A stretch of 64,000 nucleotides of DNA from Clostridiales bacterium (lineage in GTDB: Bacteria; Bacillota; Clostridia; Lachnospirales; Lachnospiraceae), in the NCBI GenBank assembly GCA_012519565.1, contig JAAYPX010000077.1, forward strand, positions 7,910 to 71,909, given 5' to 3'. Every line of letters starts with the position of its first letter. Position 1 is the first letter of the stretch. The notes under the pieces were generated by a model, which was not told the DNA's origin, ran no database searches, and saw nothing but the letters and a program-made list of their open reading frames with translations. A program made the position numbers and the translations under genes. Below, piece after piece: positions 29,618 to 40,874 of this stretch.

Positions 29618-30595
29618 ATGAGACATGCGATAATCGTTGGTACAGGTAGTTATGCCCCAGAAAATAGAATTACTAATGATAATTTGGCTGAGCTAGTAGA
29701 GACCAGTGATGAATGGATTGTATCTAGAACAGGCATTAGAGAAAGAAGAATCTCAGTAGGGGAACTTACTTCAGATCTTGCTTATAAAGCAGCTAAAAGA
29801 GCAGTGGAAGATGCCAAGATAAGCCCTGAAGATATTGAGCTTATAATATGTGCTACCATAACCCCGGATTCTTTTATGCCTTCGGTAGCTTGCCAAGTGC
29901 AGGATAGATTGGGTGCCAGAAGGGCAGCAGCCTTTGATTTGTCCGCAGCCTGTACTGGTATTATATATGCCGCTGTTACGGCTGCAAAATTTATAGAAAG
30001 CGGTATGTACAGTAGTGTATTGGTAATCGGTGCAGAGACATTATCAAAAATAGTTGATTGGGAGGATCGCTCCACCTGTGTCTTATTTGGTGATGGGGCT
30101 GGAGCCATGGTGCTGGCGGCCAGTGATAAGGGCGGCGGTATATTAGCTTCTAATTTGCTGGCTGATGGAAGCAAAAGCTCCCTTCTAATGTGTCCGTCCC
30201 TACCCTTAACCAATCCATATATCAATGATGATGTTTCTTTACCATTAAAACTAACAATGCAAGGTCAGGATGTTTTCAAATTTGCTGTTCGTACCATAGC
30301 TGATAATATCAATACTATTTTACAGAAGTCATCAGTTAGCACTGATGATATAAAATATATAATTCCCCATCAGGCAAATATAAGAATTCTTGAACAGGCT
30401 GCCAGATATTGTAATATTCCTATGGAGAAGTTTTATGCCAATCTTGAATTATATGGCAATACATCGGCGGCCAGCATTGGAATTGCCTTGGATGAACTGT
30501 CAAGGAGTGGACAGTTATATCCAGGGGATAAGTTGATTTTGGTTGGCTTTGGCGGAGGCCTGACCAGTGGAGCAATTCTAGTTCAATGGGTGTAA
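29618..30595 (+). CDS. fabH: 3-oxoacyl-ACP synthase III
   Basis: 325 aa. Active-site Cys in DLSAACTG, plus HQANIRI and GNTSAASI. Confidence 0.93.
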   Translation: MRHAIIVGTGSYAPENRITNDNLAELVETSDEWIVSRTGIRERRISVGELTSDLAYKAAKRAVEDAKISPEDIELIICATITPDSFMPSVACQVQDRLGARRAAAFDLSAACTGIIYAAVTAAKFIESGMYSSVLVIGAETLSKIVDWEDRSTCVLFGDGAGAMVLAASDKGGGILASNLLADGSKSSLLMCPSLPLTNPYINDDVSLPLKLTMQGQDVFKFAVRTIADNINTILQKSSVSTDDIKYIIPHQANIRILEQAARYCNIPMEKFYANLELYGNTSAASIGIALDELSRSGQLYPGDKLILVGFGGGLTSGAILVQWV

Positions 30596-30651
30596 TTGTG
30601 CTTAACAAAGCATTAACAAAAATAAAAAATAAATTAAAAGGAGTAATTGAA

Positions 30652-30879
30652 ATGGATTTTAATAAGATTAAAGAAATAGTTGCAGAACAATTAGGAGTAG
30701 ATGTATCAGAACTTACAGATGAAACCTCTTTAAAAGATGACCTTAATGCAGATTCTTTGGATTTATTCCAAGTGATAATGTCTTTAGAGGAAGAGTTTGA
30801 TATTGAAATACCTACAGAAGATACTGAAAATATTAAAACCATAGGGGATATTGAAAAATATCTTAATAGTAGAAAATAA
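30652..30879 (+). CDS. acpP: acyl carrier protein
   Basis: 75 aa from ATG 30652 (GGAG RBS). Phosphopantetheine site [11 protein letters not shown]. The track ORF opens further upstream at 30586. Confidence 0.92.
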   Translation: MDFNKIKEIVAEQLGVDVSELTDETSLKDDLNADSLDLFQVIMSLEEEFDIEIPTEDTENIKTIGDIEKYLNSRK

Positions 30880-30968
30880 TAGCAACAGAAAATCTTATGA
30901 CTTAGATTAAGATTAGCAGCATAGTCATGGAAGTAAGTTATAAAGAATACGGGGGATTGAAGATTAGC

Positions 30969-31892
30969 ATGGAATCACGGATTTGCAAGTTGTTGAATAT
31001 AGAATATCCTATCTTTCAAGGAGCCATGGCACGGATATCTGATTCGACCCTGGCAGCAGCGGTATCTGAAGCCGGTGGTCTGGGTATTATAGCTGGAGGC
31101 AATGCGCCAGTTGATGTGGTTAGGGCAGAAATCAGAAGGGTGAAGGAGTTAACAAAGAAGCCTTTTGGTGTGAATATTATGTTATTAAGTCCTAATGTGG
31201 ATGAAATTGCTAGGCTGGTATGTGATGAAGGTGTGAAAGTTGTAACCACAGGGGCTGGAATCCCCAGTAAATATATGGATACATGGAAGGCCCATGATAT
31301 TAAAGTAATACCAGTGGTACCATCTGTGGCAATAGCTAAGCGTATGGTTAGATATGGGGCCGATGCCCTGGTAGCCGAAGGTACCGAAGCAGGTGGTCAT
31401 GTGGGAGAGCTTACTACCATGGTATTGGTTCCCCAGGTGGTTGATGCAGTTGATATCCCTGTAATAGCAGCTGGAGGCATAGCTGACGGTAGAGGTGTGG
31501 CAGCAGCATTTATGCTAGGAGCCCAGGGGGTTCAGGTGGGAACTAGATTCCTTACGGCTTATGAATGTACTGTCCATGAAAATTATAAGAACAAAGTTTT
31601 AAAGGCTAAAGATATAGATACAGTAGTAACTGGTTGCTCTACAGGCCATCCAGTGCGGGTTCTAAAAAACAAATTAACAAGACAGTTTATGGAGTTAGAA
31701 GCCAGCCAGGCCTCTAAAGAGGAGATAGAGAGGCTGGGGGCAGGGGCCTTAGCAAAGGCCGTCAGTGGGGATGTGGATTATGGCTCAGTTATGGCAGGCC
31801 AAGTAGCTGCCATGGTAAACAAGGAACAAAGCTGTAAGGATATAATTGAAGAGATGATGTCAGAAGCTAAGAGATTACTTTATAGAGAATAA
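30969..31892 (+). CDS. fabK: enoyl-ACP reductase II (FMN-dependent, FabK type)
   Basis: The N-terminus MESRICKLLNIEYPIFQGAMA and the nitronate-monooxygenase fold match FabK. Positioned between acpP and fabD as in streptococci. Confidence 0.85.
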   Translation: MESRICKLLNIEYPIFQGAMARISDSTLAAAVSEAGGLGIIAGGNAPVDVVRAEIRRVKELTKKPFGVNIMLLSPNVDEIARLVCDEGVKVVTTGAGIPSKYMDTWKAHDIKVIPVVPSVAIAKRMVRYGADALVAEGTEAGGHVGELTTMVLVPQVVDAVDIPVIAAGGIADGRGVAAAFMLGAQGVQVGTRFLTAYECTVHENYKNKVLKAKDIDTVVTGCSTGHPVRVLKNKLTRQFMELEASQASKEEIERLGAGALAKAVSGDVDYGSVMAGQVAAMVNKEQSCKDIIEEMMSEAKRLLYRE

Positions 31893-31925
31893 TTTAATTG
31901 TTGTGCAAAACTAATGGAGGATTAT

Positions 31926-32858
31926 ATGGGCAAGATAGCATTTTTATTTGCAGGCCAGGGAGCACAGTACATTGGTATGGGTAAGGAACTATATATGGAG
32001 TTCCCAGAATGCAGAAGGATATTTGAGGAAGCAGGGGAGAGTATAGGGAAGGATTTAACTAAATTAATTTTTGATGGTTCTAAAGAAGAATTAGATCTAA
32101 CCGAAAATACTCAGCCTGCTATAGTTACCATGTCTTTAGCAGCCTATGAAGCTTTATCTAGCTTTGGTGTAAAGGCAGATGTAATGGCAGGCCTTAGCCT
32201 GGGTGAATATTCAGCACTGACAGTTAGCGGTGTATTTACCCTTAATGAGGTTATACCCTTGGTAAGAAAAAGAGGCCTTTTCATGCAGGAAGCTGTCCCT
32301 GAGGGAAGGGGTAAGATGTCTGCAATTCTGGGATTATCAGAAGATCAGGTTAGAGAAGCATGCCATAGAGCAGAGGCCTATGGAGTTGTGGAGCCAGCTA
32401 ATTTTAATTGTCCTGGCCAGATTGTAATAGGTGGAGAAGTAGATGCTGTTATAGAAGCCTGTAAGATAGCAAAAGAACTGGGAGCTATGAAAACTATTGA
32501 TTTGCCCGTTAGTGCCCCTTTTCATACCTCTATGTTAAAACCTGCGGCTGATAAGTTAAAACAGGAATTGGAACAGGTAATTATTGGCGAATTAAATATA
32601 CCAGTAATAAGTAACCTTCATGCTTCTTATATTAAAGGGGCTTCGGAAGTTAAGGAACTGCTTTATCTTCAGGTAATGAGTAGTGTGCTATGGGAACAGA
32701 CAATAAGAAATATGCTGGATGAAGGAATTACTGATTTTGTTGAGCTAGGGCCAGGACGGGCATTATCAGGTTTTGTAAAAAGGATTGATAGAAAAGCAAG
32801 GCTTTATAACGTAGAGGATATGGCATCCCTCAAAAATGTTGTATCTTTACTGGGATAA
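31926..32858 (+). CDS. fabD: malonyl-CoA:ACP transacylase
   Basis: FLFAGQGAQYIGMG and active-site GLSLGEYSAL. ATG 31926 has GGAGG upstream. Confidence 0.93.
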   Translation: MGKIAFLFAGQGAQYIGMGKELYMEFPECRRIFEEAGESIGKDLTKLIFDGSKEELDLTENTQPAIVTMSLAAYEALSSFGVKADVMAGLSLGEYSALTVSGVFTLNEVIPLVRKRGLFMQEAVPEGRGKMSAILGLSEDQVREACHRAEAYGVVEPANFNCPGQIVIGGEVDAVIEACKIAKELGAMKTIDLPVSAPFHTSMLKPAADKLKQELEQVIIGELNIPVISNLHASYIKGASEVKELLYLQVMSSVLWEQTIRNMLDEGITDFVELGPGRALSGFVKRIDRKARLYNVEDMASLKNVVSLLG

Positions 32859-32923
32859 TTAGGCGATACAAAGCTTATACCTAAGGCGTCAAGGAGAGAG
32901 AAGAATAGAAAGGAAATATTGAT

Positions 32924-33664
32924 ATGTTAAATGGGAAAGTAGCTGTAGTTACCGGAGCCGGTAGGGGGATAGGAAGGGAAATTGCATTACTTTTTGCCCA
33001 GAAAGGAGCAAAGGTTGTTGTAAATTATCGAAGTAGTAAAGCTTCAGTAGAAGATTTGCTACAAGCTATTGAAGCTCTGGGAGGAGAGGCCATAGCTGTT
33101 TAGGCAGATATAAGTAAAGATTCTGGTGCTAAGTTCCTTATGGAAACTACAATAGAGCAGTTAGGTAGGCTGGATATCTTAGTCAATAATGCCGGCATTA
33201 ATAAAGATAATTTGCTTATTAGGATGTCTGAAGAGGATTTTAACAGGGTTATCGATACTAATCTAAAGGGAACCTTCCTCTGTACCAAGTATGCATCCAA
33301 GGCCATGCTAAAGCAAAAATCAGGCAGAATTATTAATATTTCTTCTGTTGTCGGAATAGCTGGCAATATTGGTCAAGCAAATTATTCAGCATCAAAGGCA
33401 GGGGTTATTGGATTAACTAAGACAGTTGCCAGAGAATTAGCTTCAAGGGGGATCACTGTAAATGCCATTGCCCCAGGTTTTATACAGACAGATATGACAG
33501 ATGTATTACCAGAAAAGATTAAAGAAGCAAGTATAGCCAATATACCGCTAAAACGTTTTGGAACAGCCAAGGAAGTGGCAGAAGCAGTATTCTTCCTAGC
33601 TTCAGAAGCAGCCAGTTACATTACTGGCCAAGTTTTGCAGGTGGATGGCGGCATGATAATGTGA
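32924..33664 (+). pseudogene. fabG: 3-oxoacyl-ACP reductase FabG interrupted by one in-frame TAG at 33101-33103 (pseudogene, sequence error or read-through)
   Basis: ATG 32924 gives MLNGKVAVVTGAGRGIGREIA...GGEAIAV, then TAG (codon 60). The same frame continues ADISKD...NNAGI...YSASKAG...QVDGGMIM to TGA 33662-33664. The total is 246 sense positions, normal FabG length. Confidence 0.85.
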
Positions 33665-33677
33665 AAAGAGGTTAGAT

Positions 33678-34913
33678 ATGGATCGTAGAGTAGTAATTAC
33701 TGGAATGGGAGCAATAACTCCAATCGGTAACACCGTCTTGGATTTCTTTCAAAATATTAGGGATGGAATTTGTGGAATAGACTATATCAAGGCATTTGAC
33801 ACAGAGGGATTTAGTGCCAAACTAGCTGCTGAAGTCAAGGATTTTGACCCTAAAGATTATATGGATGCTAAGGAAGCTAGGCGAATGGATAGATTTTCAC
33901 AGTTTGCCTTAGCTGCCGCCAAGGAAGCAGTTGAGGATTCTGCTTTGAATCTAGACCAAATAAACCGTGATCGCTTTGGAGTTATTGTTGGATCAGGAAT
34001 TGGAGGGATTGCCAATATTGAAAAGGAAGCCTGGAATCTCTTTAATAAGGGACCTAGAAGAATCAATCCCTTGTTTATTCCTATGATTATAACCAATATG
34101 GCAGCTGGTAACTTAGCAATTAAATATGGAGCTAGAGGGATATGTACCAATGTAGTAACCGCTTGTGCTACAGGTACCCATTGTATAGGAGAGGCATTCC
34201 GTAATATAAAGCATGGTTATGCTGATATTATCTTGGCTGGAGGTACAGAAGCTTCTATTACCCCATTATCTATAGCTGGCTTTACCACAGTGACGGCCTT
34301 ATCCAAGAGTACCAACCCCCATAGAGCTTCTATACCATTTGATAAGGAGAGAGATGGCTTTATCATGGGGGAAGGGGCAGGTATCTTGGTCATGGAAGAA
34401 TATGAACATGCTATTAGGCGGGGAGCTAAGATTTATGCTGAAGTAGTTGGCTATGGTGCCACCTGTGATGCCTATCATATCACATCTCCTTCACCTGATG
34501 GTGATGGAGCAGCAAGGGCCATGAAACTTGCCATAGAGGAGGCTAATATAAAGCCTAAGAATGTGTCATATATCAACGCCCATGGAACCAGTACAGAAAT
34601 AAATGATAAATTTGAAACTGCTTCTATTAAATTAACTTTTGGAGCAGATGCTTATAAGATACCCATAAGTTCTACTAAATCTTTTATTGGACATTTGCTT
34701 GGAGCAGCAGGTGCAGTGGAGGCTATAGTAAGTGTTAAGGCGCTGGAGCAAAGCTATATACCTGCCACTATAGGTTTAACCATACCAGATGAGGAATGTG
34801 ATTTAGATTATGTACCAGGTATAGGTAGAGAGCAAGTACTGGATTATGTTATGTCAAATTCCTTAGGTTTTGGTGGTCATAATGCATCTATTATATTTAA
34901 AAAAGTCATTTAA
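33678..34913 (+). CDS. fabF: 3-oxoacyl-ACP synthase II
   Basis: 411 aa. Active-site Cys in VTACATGTH, plus HGTSTE and GHLLGAAG. Confidence 0.94.
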   Translation: MDRRVVITGMGAITPIGNTVLDFFQNIRDGICGIDYIKAFDTEGFSAKLAAEVKDFDPKDYMDAKEARRMDRFSQFALAAAKEAVEDSALNLDQINRDRFGVIVGSGIGGIANIEKEAWNLFNKGPRRINPLFIPMIITNMAAGNLAIKYGARGICTNVVTACATGTHCIGEAFRNIKHGYADIILAGGTEASITPLSIAGFTTVTALSKSTNPHRASIPFDKERDGFIMGEGAGILVMEEYEHAIRRGAKIYAEVVGYGATCDAYHITSPSPDGDGAARAMKLAIEEANIKPKNVSYINAHGTSTEINDKFETASIKLTFGADAYKIPISSTKSFIGHLLGAAGAVEAIVSVKALEQSYIPATIGLTIPDEECDLDYVPGIGREQVLDYVMSNSLGFGGHNASIIFKKVI

Positions 34914-34964
34914 TATATCTGTAAATAATATATAAATTAGGGATTAGAAAGGCTAGGTGATTAT

Positions 34965-35456
34965 ATGGATTATAAAGAGATTATAAATATCATGAGAGAA
35001 TTGAACCAGACGGATTTGACTAAATTAGAGATAGAGCAAAATGGAATTCGAATTCTCATGGAGAAGGGAAACGGTCAAATATCCAATTTAATGACATCAT
35101 CACAGACTACTACCATATCCCCATTACAGGAAGACACTCTTATAACTAATGTGGCACAGTCTACAGTAAGCCACGAAGCTCTATCTTCTGCTAAGTCGGC
35201 AGTTAGCACAGAGCCAGCACTACAAATTTTATCTCCTATGGTAGGGACATTTTATGCCCAGCCAGCTCCTGATAAACCACCATATGTGAAAGTGGGAGAT
35301 AAGGTTAAGAAAGGCCAAACACTTTGCATAATTGAGGCCATGAAACTAATGAATGAGATTGAAAGTGAATATGACGGTGAGATTATAGAAGTATTAGTTA
35401 ATAATGAAGATATGGTAGAATACGGGCAACCCCTGTTTGCAATTAGAGAATGCTGA
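34965..35456 (+). CDS. accB: acetyl-CoA carboxylase biotin carboxyl carrier protein
   Basis: 163 aa. Biotinylation motif [12 protein letters not shown]. Confidence 0.92.
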   Translation: MDYKEIINIMRELNQTDLTKLEIEQNGIRILMEKGNGQISNLMTSSQTTTISPLQEDTLITNVAQSTVSHEALSSAKSAVSTEPALQILSPMVGTFYAQPAPDKPPYVKVGDKVKKGQTLCIIEAMKLMNEIESEYDGEIIEVLVNNEDMVEYGQPLFAIREC

Positions 35457-35510
35457 CCTTTGATAATAAGACTTTGCAAATTGTGTTTAAAAATGAGGAA
35501 GGAAATGTTA

Positions 35511-35939
35511 ATGTTAAATATAGATGAAATTCAAAACATACTACCCCATAGACCGCCTATTCTCTTGGTGGATAGAATTGAAGAATTAGAGCCTGGAAGT
35601 AGAGCTGTTGGAAGAAAATGTGTTACAATGAATGAACCCTTTTTCCAAGGACATTTTCCTGGGAAAGCTGTAATGCCTGGGGTAATCATTCTAGAAGCTT
35701 TGGCACAGACAGGGGCTGTAGCATTACTTACTTGTGAGGAACATAAAGGTAAGCTGGCCTATTTTGGAGCCATGGATAAAGTGAAATTTAAAAGACAGGT
35801 TGTTCCAGGGGATGTTTTAGAATTACAAGTAGAGATTACAAAATTAAAAGGTGATTTTGGAGTAGGAAAAGCTGTTGCTTATGTTGAAGAACAAGTGGCA
35901 GTAGAGGCTATACTTACCTTTGCCCTTGGAGAAAAATAA
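35511..35939 (+). CDS. fabZ: 3-hydroxyacyl-ACP dehydratase
   Basis: LPHRPPILLVDRI and FFQGHFPG motifs. ATG 35511 lies 8 nt after GAGGAAGG. The track ORF opens at 35460. Confidence 0.92.
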   Translation: MLNIDEIQNILPHRPPILLVDRIEELEPGSRAVGRKCVTMNEPFFQGHFPGKAVMPGVIILEALAQTGAVALLTCEEHKGKLAYFGAMDKVKFKRQVVPGDVLELQVEITKLKGDFGVGKAVAYVEEQVAVEAILTFALGEK

Positions 35940-35953
35940 AAGGAGAGGCGTTA

Positions 35954-37300
35954 ATGTTCAATAAAATATTAATTGCAAATCGTGGGGAGATAGCAGTAAG
36001 AATTATCCGTGCCTGTAGAGAAATGGGAATAGAAACCGTAGCTGTTTACTCAGAGGCCGATAGGGAGGCCCTACATGTTATGCTGGCTGATGAAGCAGTA
36101 TGCATTGGTCCTGCCAGGTCAAAAGATAGTTATCTTAATATGCAGAATATTATCAGTGCAACTGTACTTACTGGAGCAACAGCAATTCACCCAGGGTTTG
36201 GTTTCTTAGCCGAGAATAGTTCCTTTGCCAGAATGTGTGAGGATTGTAAGATAACTTTTATAGGGCCAAAGGCAGATACTATTGATTTATTAGGCAATAA
36301 ATCCAAGGCTAGGGAGACTATGATAAAGGCCGCTGTTCCAGTAATACCTGGATCAGAGGGAGAGATTAAATCAATTGATGATGCCCTATCAATTGCTAAT
36401 CAAATAGGTTATCCAGTAATGATTAAAGCCTCCTCTGGGGGCGGTGGTAAAGGTATGAGGGCTGTTTATAATGCAAAGGAGCTGGAAAAGGCCTTTATAT
36501 CTGCACAAGCTGAAGCTAAGGCTGCTTTTGGTGATGATAAATTATATATGGAAAAACTTATTATTAATCCTAAACATATAGAATTTCAGATTTTGGCGGA
36601 TCAGTATGGAAATATAGTTCATTTGGGGGAAAGGGACTGTTCCTTACAACGGAGAAACCAAAAGGTTATGGAAGAGGCACCATCTCCAGTCATGAGCCCT
36701 AAGCTAAGAGAGATCATGGGAGATACTGCTGTAAGGGCTGCTAAGGCAGCAGGATATGTCAATGCAGGAACTATTGAGTTTTTGCTAGATAAAGATGGTA
36801 ATTATTATTTTATGGAAATGAATACTAGAATTCAGGTTGAGCACCCTATAACAGAGATGGTAACTGGAATTGATTTAATAAAAGAACAGATTAAAATTGC
36901 TGCTGGGGAAAAATTATCATTTAGCCAAGGGGATATACAGATAAAAGGCCATTCCATTGAGTGTAGGATAAATGCGGAAAATCCCGATAAGGGATTTATG
37001 CCTTGTCCTGGGCCAATTGACAATCTTATATTTCCAGGAGGTAATGGCATACGTATTGACAGTGCTATATACCCTGGCTATGTGGTGCCCTCTTGCTATG
37101 ATTCCATGTTAGCTAAGTTAATCACCTATGGAAGAGATAGGGAGGAAGCCCTTCAAAAGATGAAGCAGGCTCTGTCTGAGTTCCTTATTGAGGGGATTTA
37201 TACCAATATAGAATTTCAATATGACTTATTAGAGCGGGAAGAAGTTATTTCTGGAAAATATCACACCGGGTTAATAGAAGGAATGAAGTCTCATGAGTAA
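35954..37300 (+). CDS. accC: acetyl-CoA carboxylase biotin carboxylase
   Basis: 448 aa ATP-grasp protein. [39 protein letters not shown]. Confidence 0.95.
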   Translation: MFNKILIANRGEIAVRIIRACREMGIETVAVYSEADREALHVMLADEAVCIGPARSKDSYLNMQNIISATVLTGATAIHPGFGFLAENSSFARMCEDCKITFIGPKADTIDLLGNKSKARETMIKAAVPVIPGSEGEIKSIDDALSIANQIGYPVMIKASSGGGGKGMRAVYNAKELEKAFISAQAEAKAAFGDDKLYMEKLIINPKHIEFQILADQYGNIVHLGERDCSLQRRNQKVMEEAPSPVMSPKLREIMGDTAVRAAKAAGYVNAGTIEFLLDKDGNYYFMEMNTRIQVEHPITEMVTGIDLIKEQIKIAAGEKLSFSQGDIQIKGHSIECRINAENPDKGFMPCPGPIDNLIFPGGNGIRIDSAIYPGYVVPSCYDSMLAKLITYGRDREEALQKMKQALSEFLIEGIYTNIEFQYDLLEREEVISGKYHTGLIEGMKSHE

Positions 37301-38192
37301 GAAATTGTTCAGAATAAAAAAATATGCAACTTCTAATGTTTATACCACTAGGCCCAGAGATATTAATATAGATGATAAGGAAGATAAACCTAATGTACCA
37401 GAGGGAATAATGACAAAATGCCCCAAATGTGGTAAGGTGGTTTACTCCAAACTTTTATTAAAAAATAAAAAAATCTGTGATGAATGTGGTTACTATTATA
37501 AAGTTTCTGCCTATGAGAGAATAGCAATGATTATGGATGATGGGGAGATTCTAGAGTATGATAAACAGCTAACAACAAAAGATCCCTTAAATTTTCCTGG
37601 CTATGCTGACAAACACCTGCAGACTCAGATGAAAACGGGCTTAGTTGATGGATTAGTAACTGGCAAAGGCAAGATTGATGGTACCATGACAATGATTGCT
37701 GTTATGGATGCTGCATTTTTCATGGGTAGTATGGGGACTGCAATTGGTGAAAAGTTAACTAGGTTATTTGAACGGGCTACGGAGGAGAAGCTACCAGTCA
37801 TAGTATTTACAGCTTCCGGTGGTGCCAGAATGCAGGAGGGAATCTATTCCTTGATGCAGATGGCAAAGGTTAGCGGTGCAGTTGCTAAACATGGGCAGGC
37901 AGGATTACTTTATATCACTGTGCTGACAGATCCTACTACTGGCGGTGTCACAGCTAGTTTTGCAATGCTGGGAGATATAATATTAGCTGAGCCTGGAGCT
38001 TTAATAGGCTTTGCAGGGCCCCGGGTTATTGAACAGACCATACGACAAAAATTGCCAGAGGGTTTTCAAAAATCAGAGTTTCTTCTGGAGCATGGTTTCA
38101 TTGATAAGATTGTTAGCAGAGATAACTTAAAGCAAACCCTTGGTACATTACTACAAATGCATAGTATTACCTATGGTATTACCAATGCATAA
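37293..38192 (+). CDS. accD: acetyl-CoA carboxylase carboxyltransferase beta subunit
   Basis: Zn-ribbon CPKCGKVVY...CDECGYY followed by a carboxyltransferase domain. The start overlaps the accC stop by 8 nt. Confidence 0.92.
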   Translation: MSKKLFRIKKYATSNVYTTRPRDINIDDKEDKPNVPEGIMTKCPKCGKVVYSKLLLKNKKICDECGYYYKVSAYERIAMIMDDGEILEYDKQLTTKDPLNFPGYADKHLQTQMKTGLVDGLVTGKGKIDGTMTMIAVMDAAFFMGSMGTAIGEKLTRLFERATEEKLPVIVFTASGGARMQEGIYSLMQMAKVSGAVAKHGQAGLLYITVLTDPTTGGVTASFAMLGDIILAEPGALIGFAGPRVIEQTIRQKLPEGFQKSEFLLEHGFIDKIVSRDNLKQTLGTLLQMHSITYGITNA

Positions 38193-38273
38193 TAATATTG
38201 TAACCATAGACAAGAGCAGAGAAAGTAATAAATTGTTGAAAATGAAACTCAATTAAATCGGAGGAAGGCAGCA

Positions 38274-39062
38274 ATGAATTTAACACCCTGGGAAAAGGTA
38301 AAATTGGCCCGAATGCCTCTAAGGCCAACGGGCCTTGATTATATAGTTAAAATCTTTGACCAATTTATAGAATTCCATGGGGATAGGTATTATGGTGATG
38401 ACCAAGCCATTGTTGGTGGCATTGCTTATTTCAATGGAATTCCTGTAACTGTACTTGCACAGCAGAAGGGACGAAACACTAAAGAGAATATTGCTAGAAA
38501 TTTTTCTATGCCTCATCCTGAAGGCTATCGAAAGGCACTGCGGCTTATGAAGCAAGCAGAGAAATTCCATAGACCTATTATATGCTTTATTGATACACCT
38601 GGGGCTTTTTGCGGAATTGGGGCAGAGGAAAGGGGACAGGGAGAGGCTATTGCTGCTAATTTGGCAGAGATGATGCTGTTAAAAACCCCCATAATATCTG
38701 TGGTGATATCTGAGGGAGGAAGTGGCGGTGCTTTGGCTTTAGGGGTTGCTGACAGGGTATATATGCTAGAGAATGCTATATATTCTATCTTATCCCCAGA
38801 AGGTTTTGCCAGTATCTTATATAAGGATTCTTCAAAAGCTGAGCAGGCAGCTGCTGATATGAAACTTACAGCTCAGGACCTTATGGGCTTTGGAATTATC
38901 GATGGGATAATTCCAGAACCCACAGGCGGAGCTCATAATGACTATGATTTGGTTATTAATAAGGTTAAAGCTGTAATAGAAGCTGATTTAGCTAATCTAT
39001 ACCAAGAGTCCATAGAACAATTATTAGAAAAGCGATATATGAAATTCAGGAAAATATATTAA
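38274..39062 (+). CDS. accA: acetyl-CoA carboxylase carboxyltransferase alpha subunit
   Basis: 262 aa. [23 protein letters not shown] motif. Confidence 0.92.
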   Translation: MNLTPWEKVKLARMPLRPTGLDYIVKIFDQFIEFHGDRYYGDDQAIVGGIAYFNGIPVTVLAQQKGRNTKENIARNFSMPHPEGYRKALRLMKQAEKFHRPIICFIDTPGAFCGIGAEERGQGEAIAANLAEMMLLKTPIISVVISEGGSGGALALGVADRVYMLENAIYSILSPEGFASILYKDSSKAEQAAADMKLTAQDLMGFGIIDGIIPEPTGGAHNDYDLVINKVKAVIEADLANLYQESIEQLLEKRYMKFRKIY

Positions 39063-40690
39063 TCTTCTTTTTCAACGTTAAAGCGCATTATCTGTCTTTT
39101 TCTTGCCATTTCATCGCTGTCCAGGTATTCATCATAGGTTGTAATCTTATCAATCAGACCATTAGGTGTTATTTCCATAATACGATTGGCTGTGGTCTGA
39201 ATAAATTGATGATCCTGAGATGTGAAAAGTGCAACACCAGGGAACTTAATTAAACCATTGTTTAAGGAGGTAATGGACTCCATATCCAAGTGGTTAGTAG
39301 GTTCGTCCAGTATCAATACATTGGCACCAAGGAGCATCATTTTAGATAACATAACACGGACCCTTTCGCCACCGGATAGGACATTTACCTTCTTAGTACC
39401 TTCTTCACCGGAAAATAGCATTCTACCTAAGAAACCACGGACATAGGTTACATCTTTCTCAGGGGAGAAAGGCATTAGGAAATCAACAATGGTTTCATCA
39501 CCTGAGAATAGTTTGGTGTTATCCTTAGGGAAATAGGCCATATTGGTTGTGACTCCCCATTTATAGCTACCAGAATCCGGCTCCAATTCCCCAGCTAATA
39601 TACGAAATAGGGTAGTTGTTGCGATGGTATCGGGACCAACAAAGGCAATCTTATCTTCGCGACCTACGATAAAGGAAATATTGTCGAGAACCTTAACTCC
39701 ATCGATGGTCTTGGATATATTCTCAACGGTTAAAACCTCATTACCAATTTCCCTACTGGGTTTAAAGTCTATATATGGATATTTTCTACTGGATGGCCTA
39801 ATGTCTTCCAGTTGTATTTTCTCCAAAGCTCTCTTTCTAGAGGTTGCTTGCTTTGATTTTGAAGCATTGGCAGAGAAACGTTGGATAAATTCCTGTAATT
39901 CTTTTATCTTCTCTTCTTTTTTCTTGTTTGCTTCCTTCATCTGTCTTATCATTAGCTGGCTGGATTCGTACCAGAAGTCATAATTTCCAGCATAAAGCTG
40001 TATCTTAGCATAATCAATATCTGCTATATGGGTACAAACTTTATTTAGGAAATAACGGTCGTGGGATACAACAATAACTGTATTGTCAAAGTTGATTAAA
40101 AATTCCTCTAACCAGCGGATAGCTTCAAGGTCCAGATGGTTTGTAGGCTCGTCTAGAAGTAGAATATCTGGATTACCAAAGAGGGCCTGGGCCAGAAGAA
40201 CCTTCACTTTTTCATTACCATTTAATTCGCTCATTTGCTTATAATGCAACTCGTTTTCGATTCCTAAACCATTTAATAATGAAGCAGCGTTAGCTTCCGC
40301 TTCCCAACCATCCATACTGGCAAATTCCGCTTCCAGTTCACTGGCCTTAATACCATCTTCGTCTGTGAAGTCTTCCTTGGCGTAGATGGCTTCTTTCTCT
40401 TTCATAATATCATATAGGCGTTTGTTGCCCATAATAACAGTATCCAGTACCACAAAAGGATCATATTTAAAGTGGTCCTGTTGTAAGAAGGATAATCTCT
40501 GTCCTGGTGTTATGATGATTTCACCTTTTGTTGGCTCAATCTGTCCAGATAATATTTTAAGAAACGTGGATTTACCAGCGCCGTTAGCGCCAATAAGTCC
40601 ATAGCAATTACCTTCAGTAAATTTAATATTTACATCTTCAAATAATGCTCGTTTCCCTAATCTTAATGTAATATTATTTGCATGTATCAT
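39059..40690 (-). CDS. ABC-F family ATPase (two ABC cassettes, no membrane domain)
   Basis: 543 aa. Walker [10 protein letters not shown] and signature LSGGERVR, plus a second cassette, a charged inter-domain linker and no TM segments. Confidence 0.88.
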   Translation of the reverse strand: MIHANNITLRLGKRALFEDVNIKFTEGNCYGLIGANGAGKSTFLKILSGQIEPTKGEIIITPGQRLSFLQQDHFKYDPFVVLDTVIMGNKRLYDIMKEKEAIYAKEDFTDEDGIKASELEAEFASMDGWEAEANAASLLNGLGIENELHYKQMSELNGNEKVKVLLAQALFGNPDILLLDEPTNHLDLEAIRWLEEFLINFDNTVIVVSHDRYFLNKVCTHIADIDYAKIQLYAGNYDFWYESSQLMIRQMKEANKKKEEKIKELQEFIQRFSANASKSKQATSRKRALEKIQLEDIRPSSRKYPYIDFKPSREIGNEVLTVENISKTIDGVKVLDNISFIVGREDKIAFVGPDTIATTTLFRILAGELEPDSGSYKWGVTTNMAYFPKDNTKLFSGDETIVDFLMPFSPEKDVTYVRGFLGRMLFSGEEGTKKVNVLSGGERVRVMLSKMMLLGANVLILDEPTNHLDMESITSLNNGLIKFPGVALFTSQDHQFIQTTANRIMEITPNGLIDKITTYDEYLDSDEMARKRQIMRFNVEKED

Positions 40691-40801
40691 TAAAAACCTC
40701 CTAAAAAATAAAAAAACTAATTTATATAGAAATATTATATATAAATAATTGTTTGTCCATGTAAAAAACCGATATTTCTATTGTATCTTATATTTGCTAA
40801 T

Positions 40802-40864
40802 TTGCAAGGAGTTTTTGTACCCATTATAATGTAGTTTGACTTTTAACTACAACTTAGTTAGAAT
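40802..40864 (+). promoter_or_regulatory. two tandem sigma-A-like promoters upstream of the esterase gene
   Basis: TTGCAA-17 nt-TATAAT (40802-40830) and TTGACT-17 nt-TAGAAT (40836-40864). Confidence 0.4.
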
Positions 40865-40874
40865 GTAATTATTG

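Noticed and set aside
33101-33103. The idea that TAG is globally reassigned (for example pyrrolysine or another sense reading) in this organism.
   Set aside because: TAG terminates the fucosidase (1441-1443) and the first ABC exporter gene (6047-6049) at the expected protein ends. No pyl genes or CUA-anticodon tRNA are visible in the window. Local suppression cannot be excluded, but global recoding is not supported.
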